64,000 bases of DNA from an uncultured SAR324 cluster bacterium (GCA_902590435.1 CACIWU010000002.1:631-64630); one strand, 5' to 3'. Shown: positions 36,580 to 47,389, counted from the stretch's first letter. Translations and numbers: made by a program. The notes: generated from the sequence alone by a model not told the origin.

Positions 36580-37611
36580 ATGAAAAAAACTCCAGCATGG
36601 AAACTTATAAATCTTAGTATAGATCAAATTGAGATTAATGAGAGTCAATTTAACTGGTTCCCAAACTCCTTATCAGAAAAGGATAGTAATTCAATTTTAA
36701 ATCATGGAATTCAATTACCTTGTCTCGTACAGGAAGTTCGAGATTCAAAATATAATTTAGTGGATGGTTTTAAAAGAGTTATATGGATTAGATCGTTAGA
36801 TGATTCTTGTAAAAAGGGAAACATTACTTGTTTAGTTATCCCTGGGGCATTGTCTTTTTGGGAAGTAGTAATGATACGAGTTGAAACTTTGACTAATGGT
36901 GAAAATAAATTCCCGGGATTTAGAGTATGTACTTTATTAAAAATGTTGCACAAAAGTGGCTTCCAAAAAAATGAAATTGCAAATAATGTATTGCCACAAC
37001 TTGGATTAGAATCTTCACTAAGATTAGCTAGTAAACTTATTGATATGGGCAATATTTTGATGAAATTGGAAGAGAAAAAACAGTTTGTTTTTTCAGAATT
37101 TTTTAAAAAGCTAAGTTGTGAAGATTTAATTACATTACAAAAATTTTCAGGTAATGGAATTTTGCCAATATTAAATTTTGTAGGTAAGATGGAATTAAGA
37201 GGGAAAAAATTACGATACATCCTTCAGATTCTTGATGAAGTTAGCCGTTTTCAAGAAATTTCAGCAGGAGAAATATTAGATATAAAACAGTTTAAGGAGG
37301 TTTTGCTAAAAAAAAATATTCAAAATCCAGAGCGTTACCGTTTGATAAAAGAATTGCTAAATTCTATCCGTTATCCAAAACTTTATGATTTTAGGAAAAA
37401 ATTTACTCAGAGGCGTGAAATCCTTAATTTGCCGAGAAGAGTGTCTCTTGATTGTGATTACAATTTTGAGGATGAAGATATGATTTTAAAATTACAATTT
37501 AGCAGCTTGAATGAACTTAAAAAACAATTGAATGATCTGGAAGTCATATCATCTAAAAAAAATAATGGAGACAAATGTGGTTGGGAGGATCTATTTTCTC
37601 TGTTAAAGTAA
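36580..37611 (+). CDS. ParB/Srx-fold N-terminal domain protein (tentative)
   Basis: LSIDQIEINESQ...NLVDGFKRVIWIRSL resembles the ParB-like nuclease/CTPase N-domain. The rest is helical and unassigned. Confidence 0.35.
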   Translation: MKKTPAWKLINLSIDQIEINESQFNWFPNSLSEKDSNSILNHGIQLPCLVQEVRDSKYNLVDGFKRVIWIRSLDDSCKKGNITCLVIPGALSFWEVVMIRVETLTNGENKFPGFRVCTLLKMLHKSGFQKNEIANNVLPQLGLESSLRLASKLIDMGNILMKLEEKKQFVFSEFFKKLSCEDLITLQKFSGNGILPILNFVGKMELRGKKLRYILQILDEVSRFQEISAGEILDIKQFKEVLLKKNIQNPERYRLIKELLNSIRYPKLYDFRKKFTQRREILNLPRRVSLDCDYNFEDEDMILKLQFSSLNELKKQLNDLEVISSKKNNGDKCGWEDLFSLLK

Positions 37612-37783
37612 AAAATGTTTTACTTGGGTTACTTATAATTTACTAAAAGGTTAGTCGTTTAAAAAATTTTTCTAAGAATTTTTATTAAAAGTGATTTTTC
37701 TCAAAGAGTAGATCTGGGTTAATGAATGATTATGAAAAAATGATTTAAATCATTGGATTAGGTGTTTTTTTAGTGATCCAACT

Positions 37784-38209
37784 TTAACTTACCTTCAGGA
37801 CTTCTATTTTAAAGATCAGATCTGCATTTGGCGGGATACCCATTGATGGAACACCTTGGGAACCGTAAGCTAGTTTACTGGGGATTTTAATTTGTAATTT
37901 TGTTCCTTGTCTTAAATCTTTGAGTGCAATCTCCCAACCCTTTATTAGACTGCCTTTTCCTAAATCAAACTCAAAAGGGCTTCTCTTTGCGCGACTACTG
38001 TCGAATAATTTAAAATTATCAGCTAGCCAACCTTCATAGTGAACTTTGACATGGCTACCGTCTTTTGTTTTTTCTCCATGACCTGGACGTTCGATATAGA
38101 TTTTGATGCCAGATTTGCCTGTTTTAAAAGCTTCATCAATGGCTAATTGAGGACGTTTGTTGATTTTTTTAGATTGTTGGGATAATCCTTCTGAAGCCGA
38201 AACTTTCAT
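37784..38209 (-). CDS. FKBP-type peptidyl-prolyl cis-trans isomerase
   Basis: VKVHYEGWLADNFKLFDSS...FEFDLGKGSLIKGWEIAL...LAYGSQGVPSMGIPPNADLIFKIEVL. Confidence 0.9.
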   Translation of the reverse strand: MKVSASEGLSQQSKKINKRPQLAIDEAFKTGKSGIKIYIERPGHGEKTKDGSHVKVHYEGWLADNFKLFDSSRAKRSPFEFDLGKGSLIKGWEIALKDLRQGTKLQIKIPSKLAYGSQGVPSMGIPPNADLIFKIEVLKVS

Positions 38210-39477
38210 CTACACTTAAAGATCAAAGGAGAATTCTCTCCGAGGACTGTCATTTGTATAGGAGCTTTATTAGCTCCTTGAGCGACGCCTTTATTAACAT
38301 CTAGGTATAAATTTATAGTATCTCCCTGGAGATGAAATTTTCCTGATTGAACTTCTGCGTTGCCTTCTAATAATATAGTTTGAGTAATTTCATCAAAACT
38401 TGCTTTGTCAGATTTTGCGACTCTTCCAGGTTGTTCAAAACAAACATCTTGTTCAGCTTTAATGGATACTAATTCTTGAGATTGTCCAAGATTTAAAGTT
38501 ATTTTTCCTGAGTGTATAAAAAGATTATCAGGTATACGCTCCATTTCAACATCGCCTTCAAACATTGCCTGCTGTTTATAATTGTCTAATACAGCTCGAG
38601 AAGCTAATAGTATAACTTTTTGTGAATCCGTAGCTTTTTTTTCATCATTTTCTAAATTAGTTGTTATAGTTTTTAGAGTAGATTCTTCTTTTTTTGTCTC
38701 TAAATCACTTAAATTTGCTTCAACTTTGATACGTCCTTCTTTACTAGTGTCAGGCCCCTCAAGAGTTGCATGTTGATGTAAGATATCTAAAAGGACACTA
38801 TCACTGCGAACCAATCCTTGTGAAGCTTTAATTAATACATTCCCTTTTAATTGTAATGTTTGTTGTACAGAGTTATTTTTTTTTGAAGAAGAGTTCATTC
38901 CATTATTACTATTTTCAAGGCCTTTTTGAGTATATACTGCATAATCTGAACGTGTTTCCCGATCCCATTGTTTAACTTGTACTCCACCTTCACCTATTAA
39001 TTTTTCGGAATTATCATCTATTCCCGAGACTAGGCGAAGTTTAGCTGTAGTTAATTCAATGTTTTCTCGCGGTACAAACCCTTTAACATTCCCACGAAAA
39101 ATAGCAGCATTTTCATTTAAATCACTACTAAATTCCTCAGCTTGAATTTTAATTTTTTCGGTGGAGGCATAACGTAAAAGGATTTCTTGGTGTTTTTCCA
39201 CAAGTAATATTGGTAACGCTGTTATGAAATCAGAACGAGTCAAATAAATTTTATTTAGCATAGGGATAAACATTTCGGTTAGAGCTTTTGTAAATCCTTC
39301 TCTTTGAAGATGATCTAGAGTATTCCGTGTAATCTTGAAATTATTTTTTGGGGAAGCAAAACCGATATGATTTAAACTCCATTTAGATTCAACTTCAAAC
39401 ATTATATTTGATAGTAATACCAAAATAGCGATTATTAAGGATGTACGCTTAAATATTCTTAAATTTGGTAGTTTCAT
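38206..39477 (-). CDS. periplasmic protein with LptA/OstA-like beta-jellyroll repeats (tentative)
   Basis: N-terminal anchor. Repeated segments of the type LKGNVLIKASQG..., LEGNAEVQSGKFHLQGDTINLYLD. 4-nt overlap with the FKBP gene. Confidence 0.35.
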   Translation of the reverse strand: MKLPNLRIFKRTSLIIAILVLLSNIMFEVESKWSLNHIGFASPKNNFKITRNTLDHLQREGFTKALTEMFIPMLNKIYLTRSDFITALPILLVEKHQEILLRYASTEKIKIQAEEFSSDLNENAAIFRGNVKGFVPRENIELTTAKLRLVSGIDDNSEKLIGEGGVQVKQWDRETRSDYAVYTQKGLENSNNGMNSSSKKNNSVQQTLQLKGNVLIKASQGLVRSDSVLLDILHQHATLEGPDTSKEGRIKVEANLSDLETKKEESTLKTITTNLENDEKKATDSQKVILLASRAVLDNYKQQAMFEGDVEMERIPDNLFIHSGKITLNLGQSQELVSIKAEQDVCFEQPGRVAKSDKASFDEITQTILLEGNAEVQSGKFHLQGDTINLYLDVNKGVAQGANKAPIQMTVLGENSPLIFKCR

Positions 39478-41121
39478 TTAATTAGTTTTATTATTGTTAA
39501 TACGTTTTTTACGTTTTAAGAAGGCTGCTTCAATAAAAGAGGAAAATAGAGGATGTGGCTTTAAAGGTTTTGATTGCAATTCCGGATGATATTGGCAACC
39601 TATAAACCAAGGGTGATCTTTTATCTCAATAGTTTCAACTAAGTCCCTCTCAGGATGTTTCCCTGTAATTGAAAGACCTGCTTCCTCAAATTTGTTAACA
39701 AAATCATTCATCACTTCATATCGATGTCTATGACGTTCGGAAATGGTTGTTTTGTCGTAAATCTTGGCAATTAAAGAGTCTTCTTTGAGAACTGTAGTTT
39801 GACTTCCCAATCGCATTGTGCCACCAGTTTCTTCATGTCCTGATTGTTCAGGCATTAAATCAATAACATTTTCGATGTGATTAGGACGATTTTCACCAGA
39901 ATTAGCATTTTCAATTCCGACAACATTTCTGGCGAACTCGATAATTGCCATTTGCATTCCAAGACAAATTCCAAAAAAAGGTATTTTTTCTGTTCGGGCT
40001 GTTTTTACCGAAACAATTTTTCCTTCGGTACCACGTTCGCCAAATCCAGGAGCAACCAAAATACCGTCCATCTTTCCCAAAATTTCAGTTGAATTTTCGG
40101 TCGTTATATTTTCAGAATCAAAATAGTGTAATTTTACTTTTAGACGGTTTGCAATCCCGCCATGAATTAATGCCTCATTAAGACTTTCATATGAATCACG
40201 ATTAGAGACATATTTACCAACAAAAGCAATTTCAACTTTATCATGGGGATTTTTATAGTTTTCAATCAAATTGATCCATGGTTGAAGTTTTGGACTACCA
40301 GTCCAAATTTGCAGGTATGTCATAATTATGTCATCTAATTCTTGTTGGTGGAACATCAATGGGACCTCATAAACGGAATCAACATCAAGTCCGTCTATTA
40401 CAGAATTACCTGGTACATTTGTAAATAAGGAAATTTTAGACCGAACTTTTTCTGTAAGTTTTTTGGAAGTTCTGCAAATAAGAATGTCTGGTTGAATTCC
40501 AATTTCCCTTAATTTACCAACACTATGTTGTGTAGGTTTTGTTTTCATTTCAGTTGTTTCAATAATTAGAGTGAGGTGAATGAATAAAGTATTTTCTCTT
40601 CCAAAATCATGTCTATATTGACGGATAGCTTCAAGGAATGGTAAAGACTCTATGTCCCCTACTGTACCTCCAATTTCAACAATACATATATCAGCCTTTT
40701 TCTGACTAAAATCATTATCAGTCAATTTCGCCGCATCTGAAATTGTTTGTTTTATTTCATCTATTACGTGAGGAATTACCTGAACTGTAGCACCTAAATA
40801 GTCTCCTGCTCGCTCTTTCCTAATTACGGTATCATAAATTTGACCTGTAGTTCTATTGTGTCTGCGAGTTAAAACAGCATTTGTATAGCGCTCGTAATGA
40901 CCTAAATCTAAATCAGTTTCTGCTCCGTCTACCGTTACAAAAACTTCTCCATGTTGAAAAGGATTCATGGTTCCTGCATCAACATTAATGTATGGATCTA
41001 GTTTCATAAGGCTAATTGTAAGTCCTCTTGACTCAAGCAGTGATCCAATAGAAGCAGCAGCAATACCTTTCCCAAGTCCTGAAACTACTCCTCCAGTTAT
41101 AAATATGAACTTTGTTTGCAT
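39478..41121 (-). CDS. pyrG: CTP synthase
   Basis: [19 protein letters not shown]... and the GATase domain GICLGMQ...HRHRYE. Confidence 0.95.
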   Translation of the reverse strand: MQTKFIFITGGVVSGLGKGIAAASIGSLLESRGLTISLMKLDPYINVDAGTMNPFQHGEVFVTVDGAETDLDLGHYERYTNAVLTRRHNRTTGQIYDTVIRKERAGDYLGATVQVIPHVIDEIKQTISDAAKLTDNDFSQKKADICIVEIGGTVGDIESLPFLEAIRQYRHDFGRENTLFIHLTLIIETTEMKTKPTQHSVGKLREIGIQPDILICRTSKKLTEKVRSKISLFTNVPGNSVIDGLDVDSVYEVPLMFHQQELDDIIMTYLQIWTGSPKLQPWINLIENYKNPHDKVEIAFVGKYVSNRDSYESLNEALIHGGIANRLKVKLHYFDSENITTENSTEILGKMDGILVAPGFGERGTEGKIVSVKTARTEKIPFFGICLGMQMAIIEFARNVVGIENANSGENRPNHIENVIDLMPEQSGHEETGGTMRLGSQTTVLKEDSLIAKIYDKTTISERHRHRYEVMNDFVNKFEEAGLSITGKHPERDLVETIEIKDHPWFIGCQYHPELQSKPLKPHPLFSSFIEAAFLKRKKRINNNKTN

Positions 41122-41202
41122 CTAAAACTACATTTTTTATTGTTTATAGAGAACAGTGGAACTTTAATGTAGCAAGAACTTTTTGACAAGCTAAAGAAAG
41201 TT

Positions 41203-41622
41203 TCACTTTCCTGAAATATGAATAATAATTTGTCTAATATTTCCCGTAATTCTGTGTTCCCATAAAAAAATTCCTTGCCATGTTCCCAGAAGTAATTTTC
41301 CTCCATTGAGAGGAATCTGTTCAGAGGTTTTGGTAATTGCGCTTCTAATATGAGATGGCATATCATCTGATCCTTCTATTGTGTGAGTATAACCTAAATC
41401 GTTTTCAGGAACCAGTTTTCCAAAAAAATATTCTAAATCTTTTTGTACATCAGGATCAGCATTTTCTTGAATCAGAAGACTAGCGGATGTATGTTGAATA
41501 AATAAATTACAAAGTCCTGAATTAATTCTAGATGCTTCTACAACTTCTTCGATATATTTTGTTATTTCATTTAGTCCTTTTCCCTTAGTCTGCACCCTAA
41601 TTACTTTTTGGAAATTTTTCAT
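41203..41622 (-). CDS. yjbQ: YjbQ/UPF0047 family protein (secondary thiamine-phosphate synthase)
   Basis: 139 aa. LFIQHTSASLLIQENADPDVQKD...GSDDMPSHIRSAI. Confidence 0.85.
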   Translation of the reverse strand: MKNFQKVIRVQTKGKGLNEITKYIEEVVEASRINSGLCNLFIQHTSASLLIQENADPDVQKDLEYFFGKLVPENDLGYTHTIEGSDDMPSHIRSAITKTSEQIPLNGGKLLLGTWQGIFLWEHRITGNIRQIIIHISGK

Positions 41623-41638
41623 ATTATTTTGAAAATCT

Positions 41639-43891
41639 TTATTTGACAGGGAGTTCTATTGTAAAACAAACTCCTCCTGAATCAAGATTTTGAAAACGGG
41701 TATATCCATTATGATCAGCAACAGTTTGTCTTACGATTGATAAACCAAGTCCTGTACCGTGTTCTTTAGTTGTGGTATAAGGCTCAAAAAGTTGATCAGA
41801 AATTTCTGGAGAAATTCCAGTTCCATTATCCTCAATATCAAGAAAAATAATATTTAATTCATCATTATATCTTGTACGGACAATAATTTCTCCTTGTCGG
41901 AAAATTCGTGAAAGTGTTCCTTTTTTTTCGATTGAACTAATGGAATTGTCAACTAGATTAATAATAACTCGTCTAATTTGTTCGCTATCTAAAGGAATTT
42001 TAGGAAGTTCATCAGCTAATTCTGCAATAATTGAAATTCTAGTTGGCATATTTTCTTGATATAATTGGAGAGTCTTCTTTGTAATCTTGTTAAGGTCATT
42101 CAACTGTGGATTTGATTCTGGAATTTTAGCAAATTGAGAGAACTCACTTACCATTTGCTTAAGACGCTGCACTTCATTAATTATTGTTTGTGTAGACTGT
42201 TCTAATGCAACATCATCAGATACCTCTCCGGCATATTTTCTTTTTATTCTTTCGGCAGAAAGTTGAATTGGCGTTAATGGATTTTTTATTTCATGTGCTA
42301 TACGTCGAGCTACTTCCCTCCATGCTCTGGCACGCTGTAGCCTATGTATCTCTGTGATATTGTTGTAAACGCATACCATTCCTTCAGATTTATGTTCACT
42401 GTTTTGGAGAAGAAGGAGTGTTGCAGAAACTTGAACGGAGATGTCTTTTTTTTGAACTAAAAAATGACGAGAAATTGAATTCTCTTTTGTACTCTCAATT
42501 TGATTAACCATTTCCTCAAAAATTTGAAGAGATTCCTTTTCTAAAATTTTTCTATAGTTCTCTCCAACTTCTACTTTTTGATTAACTTGTAGCATTTGTT
42601 TTGCGGACTGGTTTAGTATCTCTATATTCCCTTTCATATCAAGTGACATTACCCCTGTTGTTATATTTTCTAAAACTAACTCAACGAATCGGATTTGATT
42701 TTTTAAGTTCTGGTGACTTTCTTTTAAATTTTTGTTTGTCTTGTCTAGTGCGATTTGATGGTCTAGAAGATCTCTACTCATAGAGTTGAAAGACTGCATT
42801 AGTAAAGCAAAGTCTTTATCTAAAGGGCCTCTTAGTTTAACTTGGAAACCAAGTTCACCCTCTGAAACTCGCTGAGTTGCTATAGCTAAATCTTCGATGG
42901 GTTGTACAAATCCACGAGCTAGATAGAAAGCAAGCCAAGTAGCGACAAAAATAATGAATAGAGTCATTAGTAAGAAAATAATTAGATAATATTCTCGAAC
43001 CATGTTCTCTGATTCGCTTAAAAATTGAGTATTTTTGTCCTGTGCTATGATTTCTTTGATTGCTCCAGAAATATAGGTTTCTACCGGATAAAAAATTTCT
43101 AAAAAAACAATTTTATTTTCTAAATTAATTTGACGTATGTAACGATAAACATAACTTTTATCTGATTTTTTTGTGAACCAAAATTGAGATTTAATTTGAT
43201 CCCATTCTTTTTTAGATGGTTTAGTCCAAAAAACTTTTGAATTAGAGCTTTTTATCCATTGATTTATAATTTCTTTTTCTTCAGAATATAAAGTGATTGT
43301 TGAATCAATTTTTTCTAGAATCATCAAGCGCGTTACTTCTTTGTTTTCCATTTTTAAATAGTTTTCCCAAATTAAACTTTGAATTTCCATTTTTTTGCGA
43401 AGGTTACTATGATAAGCTTCGGTAATTTTTTGTGCATTATTGATCATTGATTCTTGCTGTCCTTTAAGCCATGTTTCCAAATTTGTAGCGATAAAGAAAC
43501 TAGCAAATAGGTGGAAGCCCATTGCGGGCAATGAGAGTACAATAAATGAGGTAATTAATTTTTTTTTGAGATTTACTCCTAGAATTTGTTTTTGTCTTTC
43601 ATGTGAGAGCTTGAGTAGGTTTCGAGCAATCATATAGAAAACAATTGCAATTAAAACAATATTTATATTGATAGCTACAAAAACCATCAGCTGTGATCCT
43701 GATTGATTTAAAACAGAAAATCCCTGGCGCATACTAAACAAGAAAAGCACAATTAACAAAACTAATAAGATAATTACTACAAGTATCCTGTTTCTAATAT
43801 TTTGATCGGAATTGAGTAACTCTTTGTAATTATTGAGAGTATCTTGAAGGCGTGATATCATTATCTTGTTAATTTTCTTAGTGCAGTTCAA
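41639..43891 (-). CDS. NtrY-like sensor histidine kinase (TMs-HAMP-PAS-HisKA-HATPase)
   Basis: HEIKNPLTPIQLSAERIKRKY H-box, GTGLGLSIV G2 box, N-terminal multi-TM region. No response regulator adjacent. Confidence 0.8.
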   Translation of the reverse strand: MNCTKKINKIMISRLQDTLNNYKELLNSDQNIRNRILVVIILLVLLIVLFLFSMRQGFSVLNQSGSQLMVFVAININIVLIAIVFYMIARNLLKLSHERQKQILGVNLKKKLITSFIVLSLPAMGFHLFASFFIATNLETWLKGQQESMINNAQKITEAYHSNLRKKMEIQSLIWENYLKMENKEVTRLMILEKIDSTITLYSEEKEIINQWIKSSNSKVFWTKPSKKEWDQIKSQFWFTKKSDKSYVYRYIRQINLENKIVFLEIFYPVETYISGAIKEIIAQDKNTQFLSESENMVREYYLIIFLLMTLFIIFVATWLAFYLARGFVQPIEDLAIATQRVSEGELGFQVKLRGPLDKDFALLMQSFNSMSRDLLDHQIALDKTNKNLKESHQNLKNQIRFVELVLENITTGVMSLDMKGNIEILNQSAKQMLQVNQKVEVGENYRKILEKESLQIFEEMVNQIESTKENSISRHFLVQKKDISVQVSATLLLLQNSEHKSEGMVCVYNNITEIHRLQRARAWREVARRIAHEIKNPLTPIQLSAERIKRKYAGEVSDDVALEQSTQTIINEVQRLKQMVSEFSQFAKIPESNPQLNDLNKITKKTLQLYQENMPTRISIIAELADELPKIPLDSEQIRRVIINLVDNSISSIEKKGTLSRIFRQGEIIVRTRYNDELNIIFLDIEDNGTGISPEISDQLFEPYTTTKEHGTGLGLSIVRQTVADHNGYTRFQNLDSGGVCFTIELPVK

Positions 43892-43943
43892 AAATAGGAT
43901 CTATAGATTTGTTGGTTTGGTTCAGACTTAATTTTTTGATTTT

Positions 43944-44381
43944 CTACTGAAATTTTATCGATTTGTAATAATTTTCTTTGTTTTTACTATGTTTATCTTC
44001 TACTCTGTATTCCTCACTATGTTTGACAAGTAATTGAGTCGCTTCAAATTTTTCCCCATTCATTTTACCTTCTACTACAACCCCTTGACCTTCACGGAAC
44101 AAGTCAGGTTTAGATCCATTGAAAAAAACGGGAATGAATTCTTTCCCATTTTCAGTAATATTGAAAGAGAGTTGGATTCCTTTTGCATTCCATATAACGC
44201 TTCCTGTTTGTACAAGCGCTCCAATGCGAAGAGTCTTGTTTTCAAACTTACTAGGAGTCGCTAAAATTTCCGCAGGTGTATAAAAGAAAATAGTTTTTTC
44301 TTGAAGTTCTTGTATTGAGAAAGCGATTATAATTCCGATAATCACTGTTCCACCAATAAAGAATTTATTCCTTGTTTTCAT
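43944..44381 (-). CDS. ccmE: cytochrome c maturation heme chaperone CcmE
   Basis: N-terminal anchor, OB fold, heme-binding LVKHSEEY (HxxxY). Confidence 0.9.
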   Translation of the reverse strand: MKTRNKFFIGGTVIIGIIIAFSIQELQEKTIFFYTPAEILATPSKFENKTLRIGALVQTGSVIWNAKGIQLSFNITENGKEFIPVFFNGSKPDLFREGQGVVVEGKMNGEKFEATQLLVKHSEEYRVEDKHSKNKENYYKSIKFQ

Positions 44382-44550
44382 TATTGTTAGATTTTACTGT
44401 GTTTTGAGTTGAACCTGAACTTTTTTTTTCAAGTGCAACAATTGTTTTAATTAAATCTTTTTTTCGTCTCTTATTTATAAAAATATAAATAACAAAAGTG
44501 CAAATCCAAATGCCATAAGCCATTAAAACATATTCTAAACCTGTAATCAT
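44365..44550 (-). CDS. ccmD: heme exporter protein CcmD
   Basis: 61 aa, single TM (YVLMAYGIWICTFVIYIF) followed by a basic stretch. Sits between ccmC and ccmE. Confidence 0.6.
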   Translation of the reverse strand: MITGLEYVLMAYGIWICTFVIYIFINKRRKKDLIKTIVALEKKSSGSTQNTVKSNNNENKE

Positions 44551-45249
44551 TTAATTTAGTGTCTTTGAAATTAGTTCATTAATTTTTTCTTCATATTTTG
44601 TGTTTTGATAACGAAGCAGTAGCAAATATGTATATAAAGAAAGCATGAAAATTATAGAAAATGTTAATGGATTAATTAACACATCGGAAATTGAAGGATT
44701 TATTTGTTCATTTTCAACTTTTAGAAAAGTAGTCGGTTGGTGCAGAGTCCGTCCTTTAGCCCATTCGATAGATTTGTGTATGATCGGGATGTCCAAACAA
44801 CCAATTATTCCCAAAACTGCTGCGAGTCGTGCTTCTTTATCTTTATCATTTATTGCTTTGCGTAGTAGGAAATATCCTACAAATATTAGAAAAAGTAACA
44901 ATGTTGAGACTAATCTAACATCCCACCAAACCCAATATGTTCCCCAAGTTGGCCTACCCCAGATTGCTCCGGTAACTAAAACAAGTGAACAAAAAACCAA
45001 ACCTACTTCAGCAGAAGATTTTGCTATCTGATCAAATATCAACTCACGTTTCCAAAGGTAGATTATGCTGTATACAAAAACTACAAAAAAAGCCAAATAT
45101 GTTGAGATTACTGAGGGAACATGAAGATACATAATTTTTTGTGGAAATCCTTGATTTATTTCTAATGGAGTTAGCAAAAATATCCAAAGTCCACAAACCA
45201 GAAGTCCTGAAATTGAACCCCACTCTAAAAATAGAACTAATTTTTTCAT
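44551..45249 (-). CDS. ccmC: heme exporter protein CcmC
   Basis: WWD motif WGTYWVWWDVRL. 6 TM. Confidence 0.9.
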   Translation of the reverse strand: MKKLVLFLEWGSISGLLVCGLWIFLLTPLEINQGFPQKIMYLHVPSVISTYLAFFVVFVYSIIYLWKRELIFDQIAKSSAEVGLVFCSLVLVTGAIWGRPTWGTYWVWWDVRLVSTLLLFLIFVGYFLLRKAINDKDKEARLAAVLGIIGCLDIPIIHKSIEWAKGRTLHQPTTFLKVENEQINPSISDVLINPLTFSIIFMLSLYTYLLLLRYQNTKYEEKINELISKTLN

Positions 45250-46683
45250 TTATTTTTCCAATTTATTTTTTAAAAGGTTATTTATCAATGAGGGATTCGC
45301 TTTACCTTTAGTTTGCTTCATAATTTGTCCGACAAAGAATCCAATGACTTTTGTTTTCCCCGACCGATATTGTTTGACAAGGTCTTGATTTTCATTGAGT
45401 ATGTCTTCAATTATTTGTCCTAGTTCGTCCTTATCTGATATTTGTTTCAAATTTTTTTTATCTATTATAACATCGGGTTTTTGACCGGTTGAGATCATTT
45501 CCTCAAAAATACTTTTTGCAATTTTACTACTTATTTCACCTTTTTCGATGAATTTAGTCAAATCCGCAATGTTTTCTGGTGGGAGGGGAAGTTCTTTAAT
45601 AGATTTACCTGATTCATTAACAACTCGAGTAATATCGCCGATAACCCAGTTACAAGCAATTTTAGGAGATGCTCCATTTTCGATTATTTTTTCGAAATAC
45701 TCAGACATTTCAGCACTAGCAGAAAGTATTTCGGAATCATATTTACTAAGGCTGTATTTATTCATAAATCTAAAAAGTTTCTTTTCCGGAAGTTCGGGAA
45801 GATTTTTTCTAAGAGTTTCTATTCTTTCTGGGGAAAAATTTATAACTGGCAAATCTGGGTCTGGGAAATAACGGTATTCATCTGCTTCTTCTTTTGAACG
45901 CATGCTGAAAGTTATTTTTTGCTCATTGTCCCAAAGTCGGGTTTCTTGGACTATTTTTTTGCCGTCCAAAATTTCTTCATACTGTCTATTTATTTCGTAT
46001 TTAATAGCATCTTTAACAAAACGAAAAGAATTGAGGTTTTTTGTTTCTGTCCGTATGCCAAATTTTTTATTTCCTGTTTCTCGCAAAGATACGTTTGCAT
46101 CGCAGCGCAGATGACCTTTTTCCATATCCCCATGAGAAACACCGATTGCAATTGCAATTTGATGAATTTTTTCCATATAGATTTTAGCTTCTTCAGCAGA
46201 ACGTATATCTGGTTCACTAACGATTTCAAGCAATGGTATTCCTGCACGGTTTAAATCAATTAAACTTTCATTTTTTTCTCCCGAATGGATTAATTTCCCT
46301 GCATCCTCTTCCATATGAATACGGTTTATTCCAATTCTTGTTTCTCCTCTTGTTTCTGTATCGATCTTGAGCCATCCATTTTCGCAAATGGGTCTATCGA
46401 ATTGAGAAATTTGATAGGCCTTTGGAAGATCTGGATAGAAATAATTTTTCCGAGCGAATTGAGAATCGAGTCTAATCTCACAATTTAATGCAATTCCAAG
46501 CTGAACGGCAAATTCTGGTACTTGTCTGTTTAATACAGGCAATGCTCCTGGCAATCCAAGGCATACAGGGCATGTATTTTCGTTTGGAGGCCTACCAAAT
46601 TCTGTTGAGCAACTGCAAAAAATTTTTGAAAATGTAGCCAATTGAAGATGGATTTCTAAACCGATTATAGATTCATATTTCAT
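45250..46683 (-). CDS. gatB: Asp/Glu-tRNA(Asn/Gln) amidotransferase subunit B
   Basis: MKYESIIGLEIHLQL...CPVCLGLPGALPVLN. 477 aa. Confidence 0.95.
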   Translation of the reverse strand: MKYESIIGLEIHLQLATFSKIFCSCSTEFGRPPNENTCPVCLGLPGALPVLNRQVPEFAVQLGIALNCEIRLDSQFARKNYFYPDLPKAYQISQFDRPICENGWLKIDTETRGETRIGINRIHMEEDAGKLIHSGEKNESLIDLNRAGIPLLEIVSEPDIRSAEEAKIYMEKIHQIAIAIGVSHGDMEKGHLRCDANVSLRETGNKKFGIRTETKNLNSFRFVKDAIKYEINRQYEEILDGKKIVQETRLWDNEQKITFSMRSKEEADEYRYFPDPDLPVINFSPERIETLRKNLPELPEKKLFRFMNKYSLSKYDSEILSASAEMSEYFEKIIENGASPKIACNWVIGDITRVVNESGKSIKELPLPPENIADLTKFIEKGEISSKIAKSIFEEMISTGQKPDVIIDKKNLKQISDKDELGQIIEDILNENQDLVKQYRSGKTKVIGFFVGQIMKQTKGKANPSLINNLLKNKLEK

Positions 46684-46698
46684 AAAAATATTTTCAAA

Positions 46699-47361
46699 TT
46701 AAATTAAAACAGAGCCTCTTTTTTGTTTTTCCAAAATTAAAGTTTTTAGTTCATCTTTTTTGAATAAATCTTCGAATCCATTTCCAGGAAAATGTATTGC
46801 CCATTCATAAACATTAGACAGAATTTTTTCGTTGCTATAAATCGAAGGTTCTTTCAAAACAAGATCAAACTCAGCATTTATTTTTTTTGATAATTTTTCG
46901 TAAAAACGTTCTATGATTGCAGAAGTTAAACCTCCTTTTCTCCATTCTTCTTGATACCATGACATAGCATTTATAGATAAAGTACGCGTTCTGGGATATC
47001 CAGAACACATTAAGTTCCATGGGTCTCCGCGTTCCTGATCACCGGCAGCACGAAAATCTGAACGTAGTATAACAGCCGGTATATCAAGTGCCTTGGAGAA
47101 TAAAAATTCGATAACTGTTCCAGAATCAAGTTCTGTTCCATCAAAATTAAGAAGTATCAAATCAGCTTTGACAATCTCACGTAAATCATTATTGCGAATT
47201 TCAATAGAGCGAGAAGTGCTCTGTTCAAGATGCTGAGGAACAATGCAAACGAAACGTCCAGAAGAAAATTTCTCGATGGACTCGGACAATAGTAGATTCC
47301 CTACTAAATCTTTATGATTGAATAAATCGCCAGCGAAATAGATAGAAAAAGAATCAAACAT
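46699..47361 (-). CDS. nucleoside 2-deoxyribosyltransferase-like protein
   Basis: IYFAGDLFNHKD N-terminal motif and ...LDSGTVIEFLFSKALDIPAVIL, as in the NDT/Rcl fold. Confidence 0.55.
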   Translation of the reverse strand: MFDSFSIYFAGDLFNHKDLVGNLLLSESIEKFSSGRFVCIVPQHLEQSTSRSIEIRNNDLREIVKADLILLNFDGTELDSGTVIEFLFSKALDIPAVILRSDFRAAGDQERGDPWNLMCSGYPRTRTLSINAMSWYQEEWRKGGLTSAIIERFYEKLSKKINAEFDLVLKEPSIYSNEKILSNVYEWAIHFPGNGFEDLFKKDELKTLILEKQKRGSVLI

Positions 47362-47389
47362 AAATGTATTTTACGATTAATTTCAATAT

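Noticed and set aside
36711-37220. 169-aa antisense ORF inside the ParB-like gene, and similar long antisense ORFs (33415-33738, 44645-45031, 45548-46254, 14965-15282, 59935-60282, 60827-61177).
   Set aside because: Each is embedded in a gene with strong family motifs on the other strand. They lack motifs and sensible start contexts, and look like typical codon-bias shadows.
37739-37754. 16-bp palindrome AATGATTTAAATCATT between the convergent ParB-like and FKBP genes, as a bidirectional terminator.
   Set aside because: The stem is only 6 A/T-rich base pairs once a loop is allowed. It is too weak to call confidently.
41097-41366. 89-aa ORF bridging pyrG and yjbQ.
   Set aside because: It overlaps both neighbours in different frames, and its sequence has no coding-like features.
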